Shown here piece after piece: positions 29,376 through 46,533 of a stretch of DNA of 46,533 bases (position 1 is its first letter; each line of letters opens with the position of its first letter). The position numbers and the translations under genes are program-made. This stretch comes from Eledone cirrhosa (lineage: Eukaryota). The notes below the pieces were generated by a model. The model had not been told where the DNA came from, did no database searches, and worked only from the letters and a program-made list of their open reading frames with translations. The DNA lies in assembly GCA_964016885.1 (NCBI GenBank), contig CAXHJY010000975.1, forward strand, positions 1 to 46,533, given 5' to 3'.

Positions 29376-30464
29376 ATTATATTATATTTTGAGAATAAAC
29401 TCTCAGTCGTTTACAATAATTAAGCTCCAGGAAGGGGCTCTTCCGAGCAGTCAATAGTGTACGATAAACACGAAATGTGTTTACATTGCAACAGACAAAG
29501 TTAGCTATTAATGAAATAAACTAATAAAAGTGAATACAATTTGTCTGTCTCGATATAAGTCAATAAAGACAATATTATATTGGCAACTGCCATCTTACTG
29601 GATTCCTGTTGATAAGCACAGAAGATTTGGGTATCTCACTCTTTTATTTCTATTCCATTTCGATTCTCTTTATTTTTCAATTCACATTCCACCGTTGCGA
29701 AACTTATTTGGGTTTCGAGGTTCAAATTCGTCTACAGAACAGGTTTGAATTTTGAAATTTAAATATGTCCAGGAATCATGGCAGCTGCCAATATAATATT
29801 GCCTTTATTGACTTATATCGAGACAGACAAACTGTATTCACTTTTATTAGTTTATTTCATTAATAGCTAACTTTGTCTGTTGCAATGTAAACACATTTCG
29901 TGTTTATCGTACACTATTGACTGCTCGGAAGAGCCCCTTGCTGGAGCTTAATTATTGTAAACGACTGAGAGTTTATTCTCAAAATATAATATAATGTATT
30001 GCTCCTTTATTGTATGAGCTGATCCTTAATCCTGCATAAGCGGCTGTTATTTCTAGCACCGTGAATGTGGGATAGCTAGTTTTGGCCTGCCTACCCACGT
30101 GTAGTCAGTCCTGCAAAATTTTTGATGTGATATGGACTAATCTTACTGGATTCCTGTTGATAAGCACAGAAGATTTGGGTATCTCACTCTTTTATTTCTA
30201 TTCCATTTCGATTCTCTTTATTTTTCAATTCACATTCCACCGTTGCGAAACTTATTTGGGTTTCGAGGTGCAAATTCGTCTACAGAACAGGTTTGAATTT
30301 TGAAATTTAAATATGTCCAGGAATCATGGCAGCTGCCAATATAATATTGCCTTTATTGACTTATATCGAGACAGACAAACTGTATTCACTTTTATTAGTT
30401 TATTTCATTAATAGCTAACTTTGTCTGTTGCAATGTAAACACATTTCGTGTTTATCGTACACTA
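29376..30464. mobile_element. ORF-less element: 548-bp unit, 325-bp partial tandem copy and 218-bp inverted copy
   Basis: 29376-29593 is the reverse complement of 29778-29995 (few mismatches); 29592-29916 is repeated at 30140-30464; both ends in (TA)n. Mobility is inferred from architecture. Confidence 0.65.
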
Positions 30465-30502
30465 CATATATATATATATATTCATACATATATATATATA
30501 TA

Positions 30503-30556
<54 letters not shown>

Positions 30557-30601
30557 TAAACAAATAATGAATAAACAATTCCTTATATTAAACAAAAAAA
30601 G

Positions 30602-30756
30602 TTCATTATTTAACGATCGTTTCTAGGATATATATGTGTTAGAGTTGGTATGCATATTCAACAGATCTATGTACAAAATTATACAAAATTATATAAATTA
30701 TCAAGATTAAATATACATACCAAACACATATATACGCCGTCTTCAGAAATAATGAA
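30602..30756 (-). ncRNA. Type I hammerhead-like motif with long stem II
   Basis: Reverse complement of 33359-33513, with one substitution seen in stem II. Confidence 0.75.
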
Positions 30757-31455
30757 GTATATTTATTGATAATAACAACAATTCAAAATTTCAGTTCAAA
30801 ATTGACCAATGAAAACACAAAGGGTTAAATGCAGTTCGGTGTGTGTATATACATGTAAAACCCTTACACATATTTTACAAAAATGTATGTATAATTTGTA
30901 TACGCATACTAAAAGGATGGATGCAAATACAAAATTTCAAGGTTAATGTCTCTGTAAGTTTACAATGCGCAGATAAGATGCGCATTGACACTTATGGAGT
31001 CAAGTATATAAATATATTTTTTCATACTCACACATATCCGTACAATCACACATACACGCGCGTATATGCATAAATATACACATAACCACGAACATACAAA
31101 CACACACACACCCCCACTCACATTTATATATGTGGATATAAAATCATAAGCACATGGATATTAATTCACTCACATAAAACACTGGCACACACATTTTTAG
31201 ATCAAGATACAGAAATTAGGTGGGAGGGGGGGGGGAGGGGTCAGTATTCAACTGTCTGAGCAGACTGCCTAATATAAATGTATCTATAAACTAAGAAAAA
31301 TAAAAAAATAAAAAAATAAAATAATAAAATATAATAAATAAAACATTAAAGAGGAAAGAATAGAAAGTAAACAGAAAAAAGAAAAAAGAAAAAAGAAAAA
31401 AGAAATATATCAAGAAAATAAATATATATATATATATACACATATATACACATAC

Positions 31456-31496
<41 letters not shown>

Positions 31497-31704
31497 TATA
31501 CATATATATAAAAACATACATATATATACACATAGACACACACATAACCATACATAAATATACACACATATATAAACACATACATACATATACACACATC
31601 CACACTAAGAACATACATATACACACATATATAAAAACATATACATATACACACATACATACATATACACATATACATACAAATACACATACATATATAT
31701 ATAT

Positions 31705-31741
<37 letters not shown>

Positions 31742-32073
31742 AATACATATATATGTACATACACGTACATATACATACACATATACATATAATTACACAT
31801 ACTATATAGACACAGATATATATAACCACACACATACATGCACATATACAACACTTACATACTAATATACATACAGATATACACATACATAGCTATATAT
31901 ACACACAAATATATACAGACTTACATATATACACATACAGACAAATACTTACGCATCTATATATCGGTATATACATACAAACACCACTACATTATCACAC
32001 AACTTAGAAATACAAAGAGAAAGGTATATATATACCTATACATACATACATATACAAATAGAAAAACATATAG

Positions 32074-32104
<31 letters not shown>

Positions 32105-32606
32105 CACACACACATACATATACATATATATATATAACATATATATACATATATATATATATACACATATATATATACATACACATACAAATACACATAC
32201 ACACACATACAGATATATACACATACATACATGTACACACACATAGAAATATTTACACATACACACATACACATAAACATATAAAAAATCATACACATAC
32301 ATACACCTACACGAACATACACATACACATATATAAAGATATATATATACACACACACACACGCAACACATACACACATACACATATATATAAAAAAAAT
32401 AAATAATAAAGATATATACATATATATATATACACACATATATATATATATATATATACACATACACCTAAATATACATACACATACATACACACATACA
32501 TAGACATACATGTACATACATATACGTACATCGATATTCATATATATATATATATATATACACACATAGACATATACATACATGTATGTTTTTATATATA
32601 TGTATA

Positions 32607-32647
<41 letters not shown>

Positions 32648-33358
32648 GTATGTGTATATATGTGTATATATATATATATATTTATTTTCTTGATATATTT
32701 CTTTTTTCTTTTTTCTTTTTTCTTTTTTCTTTTTTCTTTTTTCTGTTTACTTTCTATTCTTTCCTCTTTAATGTTTTATTTATTATATTTTATTATTTTA
32801 TTTTTTTATTTTTTTATTTTTCTTAGTTTATAGATACATTTATATTAGGCAGTCTGCGCAGACAGTTGAATACTGACCCCTCCCCCCCCTCCCACCTAAT
32901 TTCTGTATCTTGATCTAAAAATGTGTGTGCCAGTGTTTTATGTGAGTGAATTAATATCCATGTGCTTATGATTTTATATCCACATATATAAATGTGAGTG
33001 GGGGTGTGTGTGTGTTTGTATGTTCGTGGTTATGTGTATATTTATGCATATACGCGCGTGTATGTGTGATTGTACGGATATGTGTGAGTATGAAAAAATA
33101 TATTTATATACTTGACTCCATAAGTGTCAATGCGCATCTTATCTGCGCATTGTAAACTTACAGAGACATTAACCTTGAAATTTTGTATTTGCATCCATCC
33201 TTTTAGTATGCGTATACAAATTATACATACATTTTTGTAAAATATGTGTAAGGGTTTTACATGTATATACACACACCGAACTGCATTTAACCCTTTGTGT
33301 TTTCATTGGTCAATTTTGAACTGAAATTTTGAATTGTTGTTATTATCAATAAATATAC

Positions 33359-33513
33359 TTCATTATTTCTGAAGACGGCGTATATATGTGTTTGGTATGT
33401 ATATTTAATCTTGATAATTTATATAATTTTGTATAATTTTGTACATAGATCTGTTGAATATGCATACCAATTCTAACACATATATATCCTAGAAACGATC
33501 GTTAAATAATGAA
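33359..33513 (+). ncRNA. Type I hammerhead-like motif with 116-nt stem II region
   Basis: 10-bp stem I TTCATTATTT/AAATAATGAA; CTGAAGA 33369-33375; hairpin TATATATGTGTT/AACACATATATA and TGGTATGTATATTTA/TGAATATGCATACCA; GAAA 33492-33495; C-GATC-G; GTT triplet. Confidence 0.78.
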
Positions 33514-33698
33514 CTTTTTTTGTTTAATATAAGGAATTGTTTATTCATTATTTGTTTAATATTTTATCTTGACTCTGTATACCGTTTATCTTTCACCGAA
33601 AGTGGTTTTTCATTACATCTCTTCTTTCCATGATATCCGGAATACATTGAGTTCTTCATACGGATTGGACACTACCGTAAACTCTTGGTAGATTTATC

Positions 33699-33732
<34 letters not shown>

Positions 33733-33802
33733 TATATATATATATATATATATATATTCATATATATATATATATATATATTCATATATATATATATATA
33801 TA

Positions 33803-33850
<48 letters not shown>

Positions 33851-34090
33851 TATATATATATATATATATTAAACAATTAAGTTAAAAGTGTACATCCACA
33901 TATGTATACTGAAATACTAGTATGCATATAAAAACACACACGTATACATATGTACATGTACCGAGTTTTTCACTGGACACTTTACTGTGAGTGTCTAGCT
34001 AGTCTGTATGTAACCAAACAGACAAACCGGTTTTTAGAGTCATACGGGTTTTCAAGGAAACACCTTTCCTCTATTCTCCAGAGAGCCAGA

Positions 34091-34588
<498 letters not shown>

Positions 34589-34675
34589 TAACTTTGAATA
34601 ACTTTGAAATGTTTTGGCCAGTATTGGCCCAGGCCATGTCTAACTTAATAGCACCACCTGGCGAAGTCTTTCAAT

Positions 34676-37600
34676 TCAGGATTTGGGCACCATGGCCCAT
34701 TCGAGAAGAGAATTACTGTTTGCGGAGACATATCCGGGTGTGGGTGGTTTGTCCGGGATTACTTGGAGGAATTTGTCCAAAGACTTCTTGAATTTTGTGT
34801 GGTCAGTTTCTGTTTTGACGTGTCCTGGTGTGATGTTGAAGAGAGCAGGGCCGATTGAGGTGAAATAATTGTGCCGTATTGTTGTTATGAGTTGCGATTT
34901 AGATTTTTGAATGGGACGGATAGCACGGGGCCCAAGCCTTGGGTGTATCTTGAAGGCGATGCCAACATCATTTGGGCAGTGATGATGGAACATTTTCCAC
35001 ATCATGCAGATAATATAACGCTCACGGCGACGTTGGAGTGAGTAAAGTTTCAGGTTTTCTAATCGACCCCAGTAGTCAAGGTCTGACATGCCATCTATCT
35101 TTTTCGTGATTGCCCTTTGAGGAGCTTCAAGTTTCATGATACTTTGTTTCGTGTGGGGAGACCACAGTGGACAACAGTATTCAAGGTGTGGTCGGGCGAA
35201 AGTAGAGAAGAGAAGGATAATGGTGCGGGAATCTCTCGACTGGAAGGTTCTGAGGATCCAGGAACACATTCTGCGGGCCATGTCAACTTTGCTGCTTATA
35301 TGCGTGGTCCAGCTTATGTTGCTGTCCACGGTTACTCCCAAGTCTCTGATGTTGTTAGATGCCAAGAGAGTTTCCCCGGAGGGAAGGGTGTACGGGAGTT
35401 TCAGAGCATCCTCTTTTCCAAAGTGGATCAGTTCGAATTTGTCTTCGTTCAGTAACTTGTTGTTCTTTTCTGCCCATTGGGTAACAGCCAGTAGGTCTGA
35501 CTGAAGGCTTATCCGGTCATCCACGCCATTGATGACCTTTTGGAGCTTGGAATCATCAGCGAAAATTTTAATGTTGCTGTGTTTGATGATGTCAGTGATG
35601 TCATTAATATAGATGATGAAGAGAAGTGGGCCCAACACAGTGCCTTGTGGGACCCCACTACTGACTTTGGCTGGGCTTGATTTGACTCCCTCAACTACAA
35701 CATGTTGGGTTCTGTTTGACAGGAAGCTCTTGAACCACTGCAGCAGCTTTCCAGTGACACCAATATTGGACAGCTTTCTCAGTAGAATGTTATGATCAAC
35801 CCTGTCAAAGGCCTTGCTGAAATCAAGGTAGATAACATCAGTGTTGGAACCCTCTCCCAAGGCTCTCAAAATGTCATCAAAGTGATGCAGTAGCTGCGTC
35901 AGGCAATCCCTTCCATTACGGAATCCATGCTGGTTGGAGTTCAGCATATTGTTACTCTCAAGGAAGTGGGTCATTCGCGATCTCACCACTCGCTCAAATA
36001 CCTTAATGATATGAGAGGTGAGTGAGATTGGACGGTAATTCACGGCAAGGGATTTGTTTCCCTTTTTGAAAACTGGGACAACAGACTGGGATAGAAGGTT
36101 TTCTGGCACATATCCAGCATCCAGTGAGTTCCGCCACAGATTGGCAAGAGGAGATGCAAGTTGGTGTTGACACGCCTTCAAGACACAAGCAGGGAACCTA
36201 TCGGGACCTACTGCTGAATTATGCTTGATTTCCTTTATTGCCGCCAAGACATCAGGGGCGCCAAACGTTATGTCCGATAAGGTGTAATGGGGAGTAACAT
36301 CGCCGATACAGCCCAGATCGGCCATATCAGGATTGCTGAAAACAGAGCAGTATTGTTTCTGCAGTATCTCATCCATGGTTTTAGCATTGTCTTGAAGAGT
36401 GCCATTTTCATCAATTAGAGGGCCAACAGTAGAGCCAGTGATTTTGTGTTTTTTTGCAAATGAAAAGAACACTTTGGGATTGAGTTTGATCTTCTCAATG
36501 GCCCAGGCCTCTTCAGCTCTTCTCTGATTGTTGATGAGGGACATTATGTTGTTTTGGAGATTATGTTTTTTAATCTCTAGTGATGAAATGGCAGTCAAGT
36601 TGATGTGTTGCTGCTGACAGTATTTCAGCTTGTTGATTTTTTTGTTCGTTCTCTTAATTGTTCTGATGAGCGTTTTTCTATTTCTAGGGATTCTGCTCTT
36701 AGATTTGTTTATAGTTCTTAATGGGGTGTGTTTAGCACATATGTTTGTAACAGTGTCCACAAATGTCTGCCAGGACTTTTTGATGTTAGTGGGTGTATGA
36801 GTGTGCGTGAAGGACCAGTCGACATGTGCAAGATCATGACTGATCGCTTCCCAGTTTGCATTGTGGAAATCCATAGCGTCAAACGGATGGACAGGAGAGA
36901 TGACATTGGGTTTGTATATTGGACGGTGGAATCTCAGATCACAGAGAACCATGTCATGATCAGAGAGTAGAGTTTTCTCCACTGCAATATTGTGGATATT
37001 GTCAGTGTGATTGCTGAAAATTAAGTCTAGGACGTTTTTGTGGCACCTCGTTGGTTCGAGCACCAGTTGGGATAGGAAGAAATCATCCATGAAGTCAAGA
37101 AGCGATTCCACAGCTTCCCTGTCAGAGGTTGAGGCAGAAGAACCTGGTGGCAGGCTGTTTGTGGACCAGTCAACTCCGGGGAGGTTGAAGTCCCCCATCA
37201 TTAAGATGTTGTCAGGGTGACACTCTTGGATGAAACACTTTATGCTGTTGAGGCATTCCTTGAAGCATGGTACAGGCGTTTGGGGTGGCCTATAGAGCCC
37301 AACTACTAATAGGTTGTTGGTTTGACTGAATACAGTGACTGCTTCACAGTATCCATTAGTGAATATGTTCATAGCCTCTGTTGAGAAAGAATTATGGACA
37401 TAAATGGCAGTTCCGCCCTTTCTTCTGCCAGCGCGATCAGCACGGATGGCTTTGAAATTTTTCACTTTCACCTCGGCTTCCAAGTGGAGGTTACTGAGAT
37501 GGGTTTCAGTGAGGACGAAGAAAGGGATGTGGTTTGGATGGACATCAATCCAGTCCTCCAGGAATTTGATCTTCCATTTTTGAGTATTGGTGGAAGGGCT

Positions 37601-37696
37601 GATGGCTTGGGCGTTAAGCAAAAATGTAGAGGCAAGAGTGGATGGTTTTAATTGTTTTGGTGTGTTGTTAATTTGTTTGTTTGTTAATGGCAGCAA
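34676..37696 (-). CDS. LINE ORF2: apurinic-type endonuclease plus reverse transcriptase
   Basis: LNAQ, LTETHL, GDFN, LDLIF, SDH (APE); [32 protein letters not shown] (RT); CR1-like [12 protein letters not shown] and LQRRRER. The start shown is TTG; the frame is open from 37813. Confidence 0.95.
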   Translation of the reverse strand: MLPLTNKQINNTPKQLKPSTLASTFLLNAQAISPSTNTQKWKIKFLEDWIDVHPNHIPFFVLTETHLSNLHLEAEVKVKNFKAIRADRAGRRKGGTAIYVHNSFSTEAMNIFTNGYCEAVTVFSQTNNLLVVGLYRPPQTPVPCFKECLNSIKCFIQECHPDNILMMGDFNLPGVDWSTNSLPPGSSASTSDREAVESLLDFMDDFFLSQLVLEPTRCHKNVLDLIFSNHTDNIHNIAVEKTLLSDHDMVLCDLRFHRPIYKPNVISPVHPFDAMDFHNANWEAISHDLAHVDWSFTHTHTPTNIKKSWQTFVDTVTNICAKHTPLRTINKSKSRIPRNRKTLIRTIKRTNKKINKLKYCQQQHINLTAISSLEIKKHNLQNNIMSLINNQRRAEEAWAIEKIKLNPKVFFSFAKKHKITGSTVGPLIDENGTLQDNAKTMDEILQKQYCSVFSNPDMADLGCIGDVTPHYTLSDITFGAPDVLAAIKEIKHNSAVGPDRFPACVLKACQHQLASPLANLWRNSLDAGYVPENLLSQSVVPVFKKGNKSLAVNYRPISLTSHIIKVFERVVRSRMTHFLESNNMLNSNQHGFRNGRDCLTQLLHHFDDILRALGEGSNTDVIYLDFSKAFDRVDHNILLRKLSNIGVTGKLLQWFKSFLSNRTQHVVVEGVKSSPAKVSSGVPQGTVLGPLLFIIYINDITDIIKHSNIKIFADDSKLQKVINGVDDRISLQSDLLAVTQWAEKNNKLLNEDKFELIHFGKEDALKLPYTLPSGETLLASNNIRDLGVTVDSNISWTTHISSKVDMARRMCSWILRTFQSRDSRTIILLFSTFARPHLEYCCPLWSPHTKQSIMKLEAPQRAITKKIDGMSDLDYWGRLENLKLYSLQRRRERYIICMMWKMFHHHCPNDVGIAFKIHPRLGPRAIRPIQKSKSQLITTIRHNYFTSIGPALFNITPGHVKTETDHTKFKKSLDKFLQVIPDKPPTPGYVSANSNSLLEWAMVPKS

Positions 37697-37874
37697 TGGG
37701 AGTTTGTGCAGTGGGGTGATAGTGGAGGGTGGTGCTGGGTGATAGCTCGAATGTTTTTTTCCAGTTCTTTTGCCAGATTCATTATGGCTAAAAAAGAGGA
37801 AGAAGTTTCCTGTTTAGAAGACTGTTGGTGACTGTGGTAGTGGTTATTTTTATGTAGGTTATGGTTTTTGTTTA
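37684..37874 (-). pseudogene. Probable 3' remnant of LINE ORF1
   Basis: Open frame ...[25 protein letters not shown]...HCCH-stop overlapping the ORF2 frame; assignment rests on position only. Confidence 0.55.
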
Positions 37875-39042
<1,168 letters not shown>

Positions 39043-39157
39043 TAGGAGGTGAGTTTTATTGTAGTACAATAAAGCAATGCAGATATCGGATAAGAAGCAC
39101 TCTACAGTTTGTGGGACTGGAGTATGCATAATATAAGATCAAAAGATGGTTAAAGGA

Positions 39158-39243
39158 GTTCAATATATTTTATTATGCGCATTTCAAAAACAAACATCAT
39201 CAAATAATAATATTTGTGTTTTCATCAGATAAAACAGGAGAAC
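39158..39243 (-). ncRNA. Type I hammerhead ribozyme (left arm)
   Basis: Mirror of 39434-39519. Confidence 0.85.
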
Positions 39244-39433
39244 ATGATATGAAGGCTAAAAAAACACTTGTTGATAGTGCAGTTTTAAATCAACATATGA
39301 AAAGTGGTTTTAGATTGATGTGTGATATTGGGAAAAATATTTTTCCCAATATCACACATCAATCTAAAACCACTTTTCATATGTTGATTTAAAACTGCAC
39401 TATCAACAAGTGTTTTTTTAGCCTTCATATCAT

Positions 39434-39519
39434 GTTCTCCTGTTTTATCTGATGAAAACACAAATATTATTATTTGATGATGTTTGTTTTTGAAATGCGC
39501 ATAATAAAATATATTGAAC
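39434..39519 (+). ncRNA. Type I hammerhead ribozyme (right arm)
   Basis: Stem I TGTTTTAT/ATAAAATA plus GTTC/GAAC; CTGATGA 39449-39455; stem II 39456-39471/39476-39491 (one C-U mismatch, some G-U pairs); GAAA 39492-39495; T-GCGC-A; ATA triplet with predicted cut after 39503. Confidence 0.87.
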
Positions 39520-39549
39520 TCCTTTAACCATCTTTTGATCTTATATTAT

Positions 39550-39900
<351 letters not shown>

Positions 39901-39901
<1 letters not shown>

Positions 39902-40119
39902 GAGTCGATCGACTTTCGTCAAATCGGACCGAGGGAACAATGTTTCCGTTGGTCTTTCCAATTGCTAATACTATCTATCGGTCGCAACTCCAGGTAGAAG
40001 GAGCAACGTGAAATAAAGTGTCTTGCCCAAGGACATAACGCATCGCCTGGTCCAGGAATCGAACTCACAACCTTATGAATGCGAATCCAATTCTCTAACC
40101 ACTCAGCCACACGCCTTCA
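39901..40119 (-). mobile_element. tRNA-derived SINE with CORE-like domain
   Basis: A box TGGCTGAGTGG, B box GTTCGATTCC, then TGTCCTTGGGCAAGACACTT (resembles the CORE/MIR consensus); second copy at 43704-43915. Confidence 0.85.
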
Positions 40120-43703
<3,584 letters not shown>

Positions 43704-43915
43704 GAAGACGATCGACTTTCGTCAAATCGGACCGAGTGTTTCCGTCGGTCTTTCCAATTGCTAATACTATCTATCGGTCGCAACTCCAGGTAGAAGGAGC
43801 AACGTGAAATAAAGTGTCTTGCTCAAGGACATAACGCATCGCCTGGTCCAGGAATCGAACTCACAACCTTACGATTGCGAATCCAATTCTCTAACCACTC
43901 AGCCACACGCCTTCA
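43704..43915 (-). mobile_element. tRNA-derived SINE with CORE-like domain (second copy)
   Basis: Highly similar to 39901-40119, same boundaries, 7 nt shorter. Confidence 0.85.

Positions 43916-46533
<2,618 letters not shown>

Larger units (their letters stand above)
30549..33700. mobile_element. ORF-less HHR-bearing inverted-repeat element (PLE pseudo-LTR pair or non-autonomous derivative)
   Basis: Arms ~30549-31521 and ~32582-33566 are near-perfect reverse complements around a CA/TA low-complexity spacer; the right arm continues ~134 bp further; one HHR per arm. Confidence 0.8.
34589..37874 (-). mobile_element. CR1-type non-LTR retrotransposon, 5'-truncated within the putative ORF1
   Basis: APE plus RT ORF2; short 3' UTR with hairpin GGCCA-ATAC-TGGCC (34616-34629) and tandem tail (TTCAAAGTTA)x2; both ends in (TA)n. 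Confidence 0.93.
39043..39549. mobile_element. ORF-less palindromic HHR element
   Basis: Spacerless 422-bp palindrome 39128-39549 centred at 39338/39339, plus an 85-bp extension of the left arm; one HHR per arm; flanked by (TA)n. Confidence 0.82.

Noticed and set aside
29436-29447. GCTCTTCCGAGC resembling an Illumina adapter
   Set aside because: Diverges from GCTCTTCCGATCT and lies inside a longer inverted repeat.
33979-34040. Possible relic hammerhead (ACTTTA-CTGTGA...CAAACCGGTT-TTTAGAGT)
   Set aside because: Both core boxes are defective and the spacing is off; cannot be told from chance without homologues.
39128-39549. MITE or foldback DNA transposon interpretation of the inverted repeats
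   Set aside because: The arms have unequal outer ends and carry hammerheads, which fits PLE-type retrotransposition better.
40040-40119. tRNA gene
   Set aside because: Has A and B boxes but no clean acceptor stem, continues into a CORE-like body and is duplicated, so it is a SINE head.

Overview
Eukaryotic, host-gene-free window; about 45% is interrupted (TA)n microsatellite, and the composition plus a CORE-type tRNA SINE suggest an animal such as a cephalopod (inference only). Everything recognisable is a retroelement sitting in (TA)n. (1) A 20-kb array (4158-24170) of a Penelope-like element (PLE; RT plus C-terminal GIY-YIG, motifs fitting the Hydra clade): three ~5.1-kb head-to-tail units, a truncated fourth, and a 1.4-kb inverted terminal segment, with five minimal type I hammerhead ribozymes (HHRs). 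(2) Two ORF-less inverted-repeat elements (30549-33700, 39043-39549), each with its own unrelated HHR, one having a 116-nt stem II region. (3) A third ORF-less element of the same design with only a hammerhead-shaped scaffold (29376-30464). (4) A CR1-type LINE with intact ORF2, plus a truncated copy. (5) Two tRNA/CORE SINEs. Main signal: four sequence-unrelated insertions share one geometry, with two 3' ends facing outward into (TA)n, one ending about 45-65 nt and the other about 125-200 nt past the predicted or equivalent cleavage site. Also notable: an exact-length 230-bp in-frame swap of the RT-EN linker in one PLE copy (possibly an assembly artefact) and an AUG-less CR1 ORF2 preceded by two correctly phased -1 slippery heptamers. 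All folds and alignments were done by eye.
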